Part shown: positions 18,125 to 26,614 of the stretch, piece after piece
How the letters are laid out: each line of letters starts with the position of its first letter
How positions within the stretch are numbered: position 1 is the first letter of the stretch
Assembly (NCBI RefSeq): GCF_020969955.1
Contig: NZ_JAHDSX010000015.1
Location: 17,758-49,757 of the forward strand
Direction of reading: 5' to 3'
Length of the DNA stretch: 32,000 nucleotides
Source: Allobaculum fili
GTDB taxonomy: Bacteria > Bacillota_I > Bacilli_A > Erysipelotrichales > Erysipelotrichaceae
Translations under genes and position numbers: made by a program
Notes under the pieces: model-generated
The model's input: the letters and a program-made list of their open reading frames with translations, nothing else
Told to the model about the DNA's origin: nothing
Database searches by the model: none

Positions 18125-18365
18125 CGTATGGATCCTTTCTGTATTTTCGGTTATTGAATAGCCTTTCTTTTCGTCTTGCTCTATTCTTTCTGGATCACAA
18201 GAGCGTTCGATCGGTCTGAATCGATCGACGGATCGCATTAGCATCCGCTGTTTTTAGCTTGCTCATCGTTTCCTTTTGCGATTCGTCTTTACGAAAAATG
18301 CAATCGACGTGTAGTTTTGACTTCAAAAAATGGACGGGTTGCCTGAAATACGTGAACTGGAAGCG

Positions 18366-18395
18366 AAAAAAAAGATGGAATCGTAAACTCCATCT
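18366..18395 (-). terminator. relic copy of the srtB terminator carried in duplication unit A
   Basis: 7-bp stem agatgga (18373-18379) / tccatct (18389-18395) with T8 on the minus strand. It is homologous to the hairpin at 20304-20326 just downstream of srtB. Confidence 0.55.
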
Positions 18396-18671
18396 CTTTT
18401 CAGCTCGATTTGGAACGAATGATTCCAGACCGTTTTCCTTTGTAAATTTCTGGTGCTTGGTTTTCTTCATGCGGGTGTTTGCGGGTTTTTACCTCTATGA
18501 CCGGTCTGACCAGGGATACAGGTATGCATTTGAACCAGCAGAACGCACTCGAAGCCTGGCCGAATGAATCTCATTCGAGCTGAACAAAGCCGTCCTCACC
18601 GCCAGACAAATGAAGAAAGGTCTACGAGAAGACAATAACAAAAAGCGCAGCAGATCGGTATAAAACCAAAA

Positions 18672-18705
18672 GGCGGTATCCGTTTCAGATAAAGCTGATA
18701 CCGCC
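18672..18705. terminator. bidirectional hairpin terminator in the unique spacer between the two duplication units
   Basis: AAAA-ggcggtatc (18672-18680), 16-nt loop, gataccgcc (18697-18705), then TTTTT. Both strands have a T-run. Confidence 0.7.
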
Positions 18706-18847
18706 TTTTTAGCCCGAAAAAACCGGCAAAGACCGGAGTATATCCTCTGAAAACAGAGACTGCCAGAGTCTTAGCGGACTGTAGCAATTCCCTCCTGCCT
18801 TGTCCTTGTCCCCTTCCCTTATCGATCAAGCGCTGCTCAAAGAAAAT

Positions 18848-18875
18848 CCCCGGCGATTATCCAGTTACGCCGGGG
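18848..18875 (-). terminator. rho-independent terminator after paralog B
   Basis: ccccggcg (18848-18855) / cgccgggg (18868-18875). The minus strand continues ATTTTCTTT. Confidence 0.65.
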
Positions 18876-18953
18876 GGTGTATATCCATTTAAAATGTCTT
18901 CAATGTCAATGCAAGGATCGGATCGCTTCTTTGCCGTTTGGATACTTGTCGTT

Positions 18954-20057
18954 TTAATACAGGTAACAGAAAAAGCCGGTGCCGGTCATCAGCTGAATGA
19001 GATCGTCTTTCGTCACGTCGTATGTATGACCTGCTTCATCAGGAATATACAGGGTATAGATCGTGCTGCCAGCATTATCGCTTTTGCTTCCACAAATCAG
19101 ACCGTACGTACTTGGCTGGCCAGTCTGGAAATTCACGCAGACGATCGTGGGATACCCTGTGCTCAGATTCGTATCGATCGAATTGAACAGAGCGTCTTCC
19201 TGCGCCACGGTCAGCTGCGAGAGGTCCATATATACGCCGGTATATTGTGCGCTTATGCCATTGACGTCAAATGCGTGGGTCAGATAGCTCGCCAGCCTTT
19301 CGAAATCGCTGACGCCATTGATCATGATGCCATTGGCGATTTCTTCCTGACTGGAAATGATTCCTTTGGATTCGAGAATGATCTGTGCAGCCGCCGGACC
19401 GCTGTAATTGGATTTTTCCCGGGTAATGTGCGCTATCGGCAGCTTAGTCTCTGAGCTAGAAGATTTCTCGAATACATCGTCCGGAGTGGAATCAATCGGC
19501 GAAGAGGAAGGTTCGTCTTCCCTCGCCACGTTTTCAGCCGGATCTTCCCGATCGGAATGGATTGACTTCGAAGACTCCTCTTCTTCGGACTTGCGATCTT
19601 CCTGCTTGTTCTCGAAATCTTTGTTTACTGCGGCTGTCTGGGCGGAAGGATTTTCAGTGGACGCATTCGAATTTCGTCCAAAAACGAATACGCCAATCAG
19701 AACAGCCGCCACAAATACAGCAGCAATCCCAATGCCCGCGTACAGACCCGTTTTCTTTTTGTTTTTTGAAGTCGTCAGCATGACGCTTTGATTTGCAGGC
19801 TTCTGCGTCCGATTTGACTCAGCCTGTACAGGACGCGCTGCCGCTGTTCTCGGTTTGGACCGCTTTGGCAGAGCGCTACCGCAGCGTTTACAGTAAGCAT
19901 CGTCTGATCGGTTTGGGGTATTGCAGTTGGGACAGATGAGCGGGCGATCGGATTTCGTCGGTTCCGGCTTTGGAGCCTCTGCTAAATCTGTACCGCAGCG
20001 CTCGCAGAAACGGCTGTCCTCCCGGTTCGCCGTACCGCATTTTGGACACTTTTTCAT
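18954..20057 (-). CDS. membrane protein paralog B: double zinc ribbon, one TM helix, linker, C39-like-fold C-terminal domain
   Basis: 367 aa with the same architecture as paralog A. The C-domain begins LPIAHITREKSNYSGPAAAQIILESKG. The C-terminus is shorter than in A because of a 1-nt length difference in a T-run. Confidence 0.8.
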   Translation of the reverse strand: MKKCPKCGTANREDSRFCERCGTDLAEAPKPEPTKSDRPLICPNCNTPNRSDDAYCKRCGSALPKRSKPRTAAARPVQAESNRTQKPANQSVMLTTSKNKKKTGLYAGIGIAAVFVAAVLIGVFVFGRNSNASTENPSAQTAAVNKDFENKQEDRKSEEEESSKSIHSDREDPAENVAREDEPSSSPIDSTPDDVFEKSSSSETKLPIAHITREKSNYSGPAAAQIILESKGIISSQEEIANGIMINGVSDFERLASYLTHAFDVNGISAQYTGVYMDLSQLTVAQEDALFNSIDTNLSTGYPTIVCVNFQTGQPSTYGLICGSKSDNAGSTIYTLYIPDEAGHTYDVTKDDLIQLMTGTGFFCYLY

Positions 20058-20296
20058 CGTAAGGATCCTTTCTGGATTTTCGTTTATCCAATAATCTTTC
20101 TTTTCGCAGTTCTTTCTTCTTTTCTGGGTATAAGAGAATTCAATCGGTCTGAACCGATGGGCAGATCATTTTTCATCCGCTGTTTTTTAGTTTACTCATC
20201 GTTTCCTTCTGTGATTCGTCTTTGCGAAAAGTGCAATTGACGTGTTGTTTTGACTTCACGAATTAGCCGGTTCGGCTGAAAAACGGGAACTGGAAG

Positions 20297-20326
20297 CAAA
20301 AAAAGACGGAATCATAAACTCCATCT
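20297..20326 (-). terminator. rho-independent terminator of srtB
   Basis: agacgga (20304-20310) / tccatct (20320-20326), one G-U pair, T7 on the minus strand. It lies ~60 nt after the srtB stop. Confidence 0.65.
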
Positions 20327-20388
20327 TCTGGCAAAACCGGTTTGGAACGGATACTTCCAAAACGGTATTCTTCGTGAATTTTGCCGGC

Positions 20389-21246
20389 TTAGTTTTCTTC
20401 GGGTGCCGGAATGGGGGCGCTCCATTTTTCCATCATGCCCATGAGCGCAAACCTCTGATCGCTGTGTACGCCAAAATCCATGTTGCAGGTGGAAAGCGTC
20501 ACAAAGTTGTGGTTGCGGTATTCGAGCGGACGGTAGTAGAGGGAGACATTCTGGATTTCATCAAGAATGTCCTTGCGGTAGTCGCCAAAGTCGGTGGTGT
20601 AAATGGGTGAATCATCCGTTCCGGCATAAAACGCGTTGATCGTGCACCGATAGTTTTGCGACGGCGTCAGCAGCCAGAAATACGGATGGGCATTGAAAAA
20701 CTCCAGATCGTTGAAATCCTTGAGGTTGGTAAACATGCCGCCGACGTCAGCCGTATGGGCATAAATGATCGAGTTCTGGTTCTGGTAGTCCGGATTTTGC
20801 GTGCAGTCCAGGAATACAGCACCCAGACGGTTGTAGGCGCCGTTGAACGAGTGATTCAAATAATAATCGTTGTCCATGGCCTGAACGACCGGATAGGAAA
20901 TTCCGGTTCCCGGAACGAGAATCCAGGCGTTGATGTTCGGGTTGGCCGCTTTCAGACCTTCCCAGTCGACGGTAAATGAAGGCGCCTCTTCGCTCATCTG
21001 ACCGTTTTCATCGCCGGCGGCATTATTTCCGGTAACGTACTGGTTAAAGGCATCCGTTTCTTTCTGGATGGTTCGTTCTTCGTTCCAGGTTTCGTAAATC
21101 TTATAGCCGCTCACGCCAAGAACGACTACGCAGACCGCCATAAGAATATAGAGAATGATCTGCGTAACTTTTTTCTTTCTGGATCGGCGCGGTGCGGCAG
21201 AATTATCATTCGTGCTGTCCACAGCGGGACGGTTATTCTGATCCAT
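20389..21246 (-). CDS. srtB: class B sortase
   Basis: N-terminal TM anchor (IILYILMAVCVVVLGVSGY), then NINAWILVPGTGISYPVVQAMDNDYYLNHSFNG, NSIIYAHT (His), TLSTC (Cys) and a downstream Arg (DQRFALMG). These are hallmarks of SrtB-type sortases. Confidence 0.85.
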   Translation of the reverse strand: MDQNNRPAVDSTNDNSAAPRRSRKKKVTQIILYILMAVCVVVLGVSGYKIYETWNEERTIQKETDAFNQYVTGNNAAGDENGQMSEEAPSFTVDWEGLKAANPNINAWILVPGTGISYPVVQAMDNDYYLNHSFNGAYNRLGAVFLDCTQNPDYQNQNSIIYAHTADVGGMFTNLKDFNDLEFFNAHPYFWLLTPSQNYRCTINAFYAGTDDSPIYTTDFGDYRKDILDEIQNVSLYYRPLEYRNHNFVTLSTCNMDFGVHSDQRFALMGMMEKWSAPIPAPEEN

Positions 21247-21440
21247 AGTTTTTTCCTTTCCGATTCGCCAGAATTTGAGTTTCCAAAAGGAGCAAAAGAG
21301 CGGTCTCTTTTTTATCTGTATCCTTATCGTCTGCTCTCTTTTGTGAGCGCAGCGGGCGAATCTGAATCTTCGATTATCTTAGCGAATTTTACAGAGGCAG
21401 AAAAGGACGGAAGGCGCCAGCCGCCTCTCTTGGCCGCAAA

Positions 21441-21472
21441 CGAAAAAGAACCGGCAGGTTTTCGCCTGCCGG
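21441..21472 (-). terminator. rho-independent terminator of nagB
   Basis: ccggcagg (21451-21458) / cctgccgg (21465-21472). The minus strand continues TTCTTTTTCGTTT. Confidence 0.8.
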
Positions 21473-21557
21473 AACGTATACAGTCTATAGGATACTGGTT
21501 CTGCCGAATAATCTGAGTGTTGGGGCAGAATCTGGAAAGATCGACTGAAGTCTGTGA

Positions 21558-22274
21558 TTAGCGATTGAGTTTGGACGCAGCCGCTTCGTCTATGATTACG
21601 ACTACATCTGGATGGTTCTGCAGAACAGAAGCCGGGCAGGCTGTGTCTACTGGTCCTTCTACCATGGCTTTTACTGCATCCGCTTTGGATTCGCCGTTGG
21701 CTACGAGAAGGATTTTCTTCGCATCCATAACGGTACCGATACCCTGCGTGATAGCATGTGTCGGTACTTTGTTGATGTCGTCATCGAAGAAACGCTTGTT
21801 GGCATCGCGTGTGCTTTCGGTAAGTTCAACGATATGCGTTCTTTCATCGAACGGTGTGCCCGGTTCGTTGAATCCGATATGTCCGTTGCGGCCGATACCG
21901 AGCAGCTGGATATCTACGCCTTTTACCTGATCGTCATAGGCTTTTGCATCTTCTGCAGTGCTTCCGTAAGGAACATGCGTGTTGGCTGGATCGATGTCCA
22001 CGTGGCTGAACAGATGATCGTTCATGAATGTGTAGTAGGACTGCGGATCGTTGCGGTCAATGCCTACGTATTCGTCAAGATTGTAGGTATGAACGTCTTT
22101 GTAGGAAGTTCCGTTTTCTTTGTGATCCTTTACCATTTCGGCATAGAGGCCTTCCGGAGAGCTGCCGGTAGCCAGTCCGAGGACTGCATCTGGGCGTGCA
22201 TCCAGGACTTCTTTCATGACTTTGAACGCTTCTTTGGAAAGCTCATCATAGTCTTTTGTAACAATTACTTTCAC
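21558..22274 (-). CDS. nagB: glucosamine-6-phosphate deaminase
   Basis: 238 aa: MKVIVTKDYDELSKEAFKVM, LGLATGSSPEGLY, LDEYVG, QLLGIGRNGHIGFNEPG. Confidence 0.93.
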   Translation of the reverse strand: MKVIVTKDYDELSKEAFKVMKEVLDARPDAVLGLATGSSPEGLYAEMVKDHKENGTSYKDVHTYNLDEYVGIDRNDPQSYYTFMNDHLFSHVDIDPANTHVPYGSTAEDAKAYDDQVKGVDIQLLGIGRNGHIGFNEPGTPFDERTHIVELTESTRDANKRFFDDDINKVPTHAITQGIGTVMDAKKILLVANGESKADAVKAMVEGPVDTACPASVLQNHPDVVVIIDEAAASKLNR

Positions 22275-22355
22275 AGTATTTTCCTCCTAGGTACATCTAT
22301 TATAAAAGGATTCCTTCCGTTTGAATCTTCGAAATTGATAAAACGAAACAAAAGC

Positions 22356-22913
22356 TTAATTTGACGCGTCGCCTTTGGATACGTAGCGAATCAGATCGTT
22401 TCCAAAATAGTCCGCCAGAATGGATTCGTAAAACTCATAATGCACCGGTACTGGCCAGCTTAACAGTTCCATCGGCACGCCAAAGAGCGTAATCGTAGTC
22501 TTGCAGTCGTTCATGGAAGAAGAAAGATAAAACCGCTTTCTGCGCACAGCTTCTTCGGTTGTCGGCGCCTTGGTGCTTTCGATCTCAACAATAAACGGAT
22601 GCTTTCGAACTTCCTGCAGCCAGGTCAGAATGCGAGATCCGATCCGATGGCCTCGAATCGTCGGATCGACGGCCAGATAGTCGAGAATGTCCGCTTTTTT
22701 ATTTCGAATCAGAAAAATGAGGGCAGCCGGCTTTTCATGAAGTTCGGCGTAAAAGAGCTCCATTTTTCCTTCTTTTTTTCCATCGAGAATCATCGAAAAC
22801 GGCTTGCGCTCCGAATCGGGAAAAGAGTTCTGGTACAGCGTTTCAATTTCTGTACGGTATTTACAGTCTTCTTCAAAAGGAAGAATTTTCAGATCGTTTG
22901 TCTGGGATTCCAT
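22356..22913 (-). CDS. GNAT-family N-acetyltransferase
   Basis: Start at MESQTNDLKI, with AGGTGA RBS (cat at 22911-22913). The acetyl-CoA motif A-like segment is LAVDPTIRGHRIGSRILTWL. Length is 185 aa. Confidence 0.7.
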   Translation of the reverse strand: MESQTNDLKILPFEEDCKYRTEIETLYQNSFPDSERKPFSMILDGKKEGKMELFYAELHEKPAALIFLIRNKKADILDYLAVDPTIRGHRIGSRILTWLQEVRKHPFIVEIESTKAPTTEEAVRRKRFYLSSSMNDCKTTITLFGVPMELLSWPVPVHYEFYESILADYFGNDLIRYVSKGDASN

Positions 22914-23123
22914 ATTTGCGTTCACCTGCTTTCTATGCGAAAACGCAGCGCTTCTTTCCTTCTTATTAATCCGTTTTGGACTGTAAAAGAAACATAATGC
23001 GCTTTCATTCATGATCACCATAACAGGATATGCAAAAAATGCCACTCACCGGGCTTTTTCGACTTGGCGGCGGATTCCATAACGGCGTATGCAAAGCAGC
23101 AGAATCGGGGATAATCAGGGATA

Positions 23124-23183
23124 AACAGAAAAACGGCTGCAGCAGAAATTCAGCCCGTTCCGGGAGGTTCTGCTCCAGCCGTT
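23124..23183 (-). terminator. long-stem rho-independent terminator after the protease pseudogene
   Basis: 16-bp stem with one mismatch, aacggctgcagcagaa (23132-23147) / ttctgctccagccgtt (23168-23183). The minus strand continues TTTTTCTGTTT. Confidence 0.7.
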
Positions 23184-23220
23184 TTCAACTTTTTTCCTGC
23201 CAGCATTCATTCCATTTCCT

Positions 23221-26200
23221 TTAGCTGGTTTGCTTTAGCTCATCCAGGCGTTCTTTGGACGGAAGAAGCCGCAGTTCCAGCAGATCCTGATGCAAAGTAT
23301 CTATACAGATTTGCGCCTGCTCCGTTGTATGGGACGAACGATCTTCCAGAATCTCGATAGCGTCTGTGAGATGGATAAAAATTTCTTCTTCATACAGACC
23401 AAACTGTGCGCTTGATTCGCTGGTCTGCATCAGAACGGCTCCTTTGCGAAATACCGTATCCAGAAGATCCTGCATTGGATTTGTTCGAACCTCCAGGCTC
23501 GCTGCCTCAGAAGCAAACGCATTAAACACTGGCCGCGTATACGCGTAAATCCGATAGGACGTGTCGGGTTCGAGAGGGACGAAAGCCGGACTGCCCTGCC
23601 ATTCGAGGGTATCCAGATCCGGATCCTTCATGTCTTCTTGCGCTTTTACAATCGCGTAGATACCGCCGTCAACTTTCTGAACGCTCAGAGTGGAGGAAGT
23701 CACCAGATCCATTTTCAGTTTAAGAGCGCTCGGTCGTTCGGGAATTTTAAAGCGATAAATCGCAGAAGCAAAGTCATAGTCTGTCGCATCCCTTTGCAGA
23801 TAAACATCGACCCCAGGCTTTACGGAAAGCATCTCATCATAGGTGAATTCGATTCCATCGCTGAGATCTGGAGTATAGCCGTAACGAATGCCTGGAGAAA
23901 AAATGGCATTGATCCGCTCGTTCGCATAATCGATTCCGATCACCGGCCAGGACCATCGAGCTGGAATTGTCCAGGTTTCTGTAACGGAAGTTCCCTCTTC
24001 CTTTGTATACGTCAGCAGCTGTATACGTCAGCAGCAGCGGCGCCGGAAGTTCGTCGTCAATGAGACGGCCGATCGAATCGCCGTTCGGAATGGGATCGCC
24101 ATCTAGCGTGCTGACGGTATATTTCGAATCAAACGAAATCGTTTCGCTGCGATAGACAAAGTGCAGAGGCGAACGACGGACATGGAGGGCTGCTTCTGAA
24201 TTTTTCTTGCCTGGTGCGCTTGCACTGATTTGGAGGGTTACTTCTTCTCCTTCTTCCAGTTCAATCGGATCGGACCAGGCGAATCGTTCGGCGGGCTCGC
24301 CGTTTACAGCAATCGAATCCGGACTGATGGTCTGGACATAAATGTCCTCTTCGTCATTGCGAAGTTCAATCGTCGCGCTGCCGTTTTCAAAGGAAACGAT
24401 CTGTCGGGCGCGTGCGGAGTCAACTCGATTCGTCCCGATTTGCGCAGATGCTTTGGAATACGTTCTTGTAACCGTATTTCCTGTCTGACCTTCTTCGTTT
24501 ACCGTGCGAGCCAGCAGTATATGCGTCTGGTCCGGCAAAGCAAAGCGCAGTTCGATCGGCGCAGTGTATTTGGCAAACACCGATCCATCCATCGAATATT
24601 CGATCGGTTCATTTCCTGCACTGGAAAGTTCCAGAAGGGTTCCATCGTTGACTTCCCCGTCCATCTGCGAAGAACGAACGGTGCTAAGCTCCTCTTTAGA
24701 TTCTGGCAGCGGATTGGTAAAGCCTTTAATGCAGACGTTGGTCAGGACAAAACTGTCGGCCATCCCGTAAACGTCTTCCCATTGCGCGCTTTCATAATCG
24801 TAGACGTAGCTTTCGTGTCCCGTTCCCATTTCTTCCACAAAGTCTTCTTCCGGGTCTTCACAGCCATACGTTTCTACAGGAATGGGATTCTCGTATTCCG
24901 GATTATCAAATTCGATAACGATGCTGAACTGGGAATTGGAGTGAAGAACGGCTGGCTGTTCGAGCTCAATCGTATGATAGCCGGTATACTGCTCGCTTCC
25001 GCTCTGTCGGCTGACCAGCCTTCCGTTTTCCGGATTTTCCCCCTGCACCTCCGTGTAGACCGAAAGGGTATAGGCTGTACCAGCGTCCGTCGTATAAAAC
25101 GAAGCAGCCTCAAGAAGTTCATCTTCTTTCGCACTGAAAATATTGGCTGCTTTTCCCAGACACGGGTTATTGTTGCTGCCTTCCAGGGAGGTGTACCACC
25201 CCAGGGTATCGTATTGATAATTGCGCTGATAGTTGTCATTTTATTCGAGAAGGAAAACTGTACCAAAGGAAATTGCGCTGTCTTCGTAGGAGAGCCAGTG
25301 AGTTCCGTTTTCTCCCCAGTCGTACCCCCAGCTGTTTTGAACGAGCCAGGCGCCGTCATGTTCGGGCTGCGCACTTTCGTTAAAGTTTTCTCTGGAGAAG
25401 CTGTCATCCCAGCCGATTATCTGTACGACATGATCAGTTAGATGTCCCGGTTCGTTATCCCAGGCATTCGTTTCTTCGATGTAGCCGCTGTAGTTGCCGA
25501 CGTTTACGTTAATGACGGCTGGTCCGTAGTCATAGACAACCTGTTTGATGATCTGCTGGTCCACAGTATTTCGATCCGGATCTTCGTACGCTGAGGTAGG
25601 AAGACAGAACGCATCCTGCAGATGAAAGTCCGCTTCATAGCGCATGCTTTCGTCAGGGATACGATCAAAATCAGACATAGGCAGTTTTTCTTCCCGAATC
25701 GGTCCTTTCCAGGCGGCTAATGACGGTGCAAGAAGACTGCTGCTTCCCCCATTCCCGTACGGATCCCCATTCATCTGCAAAATCTCTTCTTCTTTCCCGG
25801 TCAGCGTATACCATGCTGCATGCAAGGAAGAAAGCTGGAGTCCATGTTCCTGATCATATAGCGTTTGCGCAGCACCCTCTATCCCGGTAATTGCCCAGCA
25901 GGTCGAAAGCGATCCCTGATCTTCCACGAGAAGCAATCTTCCCTGATCCCGCAGACTGAATCTGAACGGGAGCGTTCTAGCCGAGGTTTTCGTCTTCTGA
26001 TTCTTGCGATATTGCCTTGCATAATGATCGGAAAGATACGAAAGATCCATCGAAGAAGGAGCCTGTCCATGCGGATCTTTGAGCCAGTTCAAATATTCTG
26101 AATTAAAAGCGGATGGATCGAGTCGATCGGCGACCGGACTTTGGGGAATGGTCTGACCCTAATCCTCCATGCTCTCCTTTGCCTGAACAGGCTGCTGCCC

Positions 26201-26251
26201 GATGCTTATCGACAGTCCGATCAGCAGGGCTAACCATTTCGAAGCCTTCAT
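23221..26251 (-). pseudogene. disrupted gene for a secreted multidomain papain-family (C1) cysteine protease, ~1004 codons when repaired
   Basis: RBS AAGGGAG plus a signal peptide, MKASKWLALLIGLSISIGQQPVQA. The C1 catalytic motifs are intact: DQGSLSTCWAITG, HVVQIIGWDD, NSWGYDWGENG. The reading frame is interrupted by TAG (26159-26161), TAA (25241-25243) and a 16-bp tandem duplication (24004-24035). Track ORFs 25241-26092, 23837-25048 and 23221-23943 are its pieces. Confidence 0.82.
24004..24035. repeat. perfect 16-bp tandem duplication (tgtatacgtcagcagc x2) causing the frameshift in the protease gene
   Basis: Bases 24004-24019 are identical to 24020-24035. Deleting one copy joins ...PLLLTYT to KEEGTSVTETWTIPARWSWPVIGIDYANERINAIF, which is the 23221-23943 ORF. 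Confidence 0.95.
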
Positions 26252-26565
26252 TTGATTTCTCCCTTTCTTCTCGCTTTAAAGCGTTTGATTCACTTCCTTT
26301 TTCTTTTACTCGAAGCCAACGCCAGTCTCTTGGCTGGGGAAAAAGGATTTGGTCTCATTTTATCGTCAGGATTGAGGATTGGAATTTCCAGCGTGGAATG
26401 TTTTAAAAGCTTCTCCTTTTGTATCTACTGTTTATGTCAGGATTTTGCCTTCTTCAAAATCAAAAGTTACATCCTCTTAAAAATACGAGATCGAGGGAAG
26501 ACAGAAAAAAACGGCTTTGAAATTTCGTGCGTTTCCGTTGAAAACGGCAGATCGAGTTCAAAGCC

Positions 26566-26600
26566 GCAAAAACAAAACTCTGCCGAGTGATCGGCAGAGT
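26566..26600 (-). terminator. rho-independent terminator of the PTS operon
   Basis: actctgccga (26577-26586) / tcggcagagt (26591-26600) with a 4-nt loop. The minus strand continues TTTGTTTTTGC. Confidence 0.85.
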
Positions 26601-26614
26601 CAAGTTAACAAATA

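Larger units (their letters stand above)
16794..18477 (-). repeat. duplication unit A (paralog A plus conserved 5' and 3' flanks)
   Basis: It aligns colinearly with 18737-20407. Shared strings include gtcttagcgga(t/c)tgta(a/g)caattccctcctgccttgtcc, atgcaaggatcggatcgcttcttt, agaaaggatcc(a/t)tacgATG and the gatgga...tccatc hairpin. Confidence 0.85.
18737..20407 (-). repeat. duplication unit B (paralog B plus flanks, right end overlaps the last ~19 nt of srtB)
   Basis: See unit A. The right boundary is where similarity to 18455-18477 stops (gctt(a/g)gttttcttc...gggtg). Confidence 0.85.

Noticed and set aside
18195-18300. Leader peptide in the 5' leader of paralog A (aaggaaacgATG: MSKLKTADANAIRRSIQTDRTLL*)
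   Set aside because: The homologous ATG in unit B opens only MSKLKNSG*, so the peptide is not conserved between the copies. The SD-to-ATG spacing is also very short.
25241-26161. Stop-codon reassignment or programmed readthrough (TAG or TAA as sense) to explain the in-frame stops
   Set aside because: TAA terminates many well-defined genes here (icd, htrA, ldh, murG, srtB, nagB, GNAT) at positions matching the expected protein lengths. The first ORF of the window ends on TAG. The same gene also carries a 16-bp frameshifting duplication. Ordinary pseudogenisation explains all of this.
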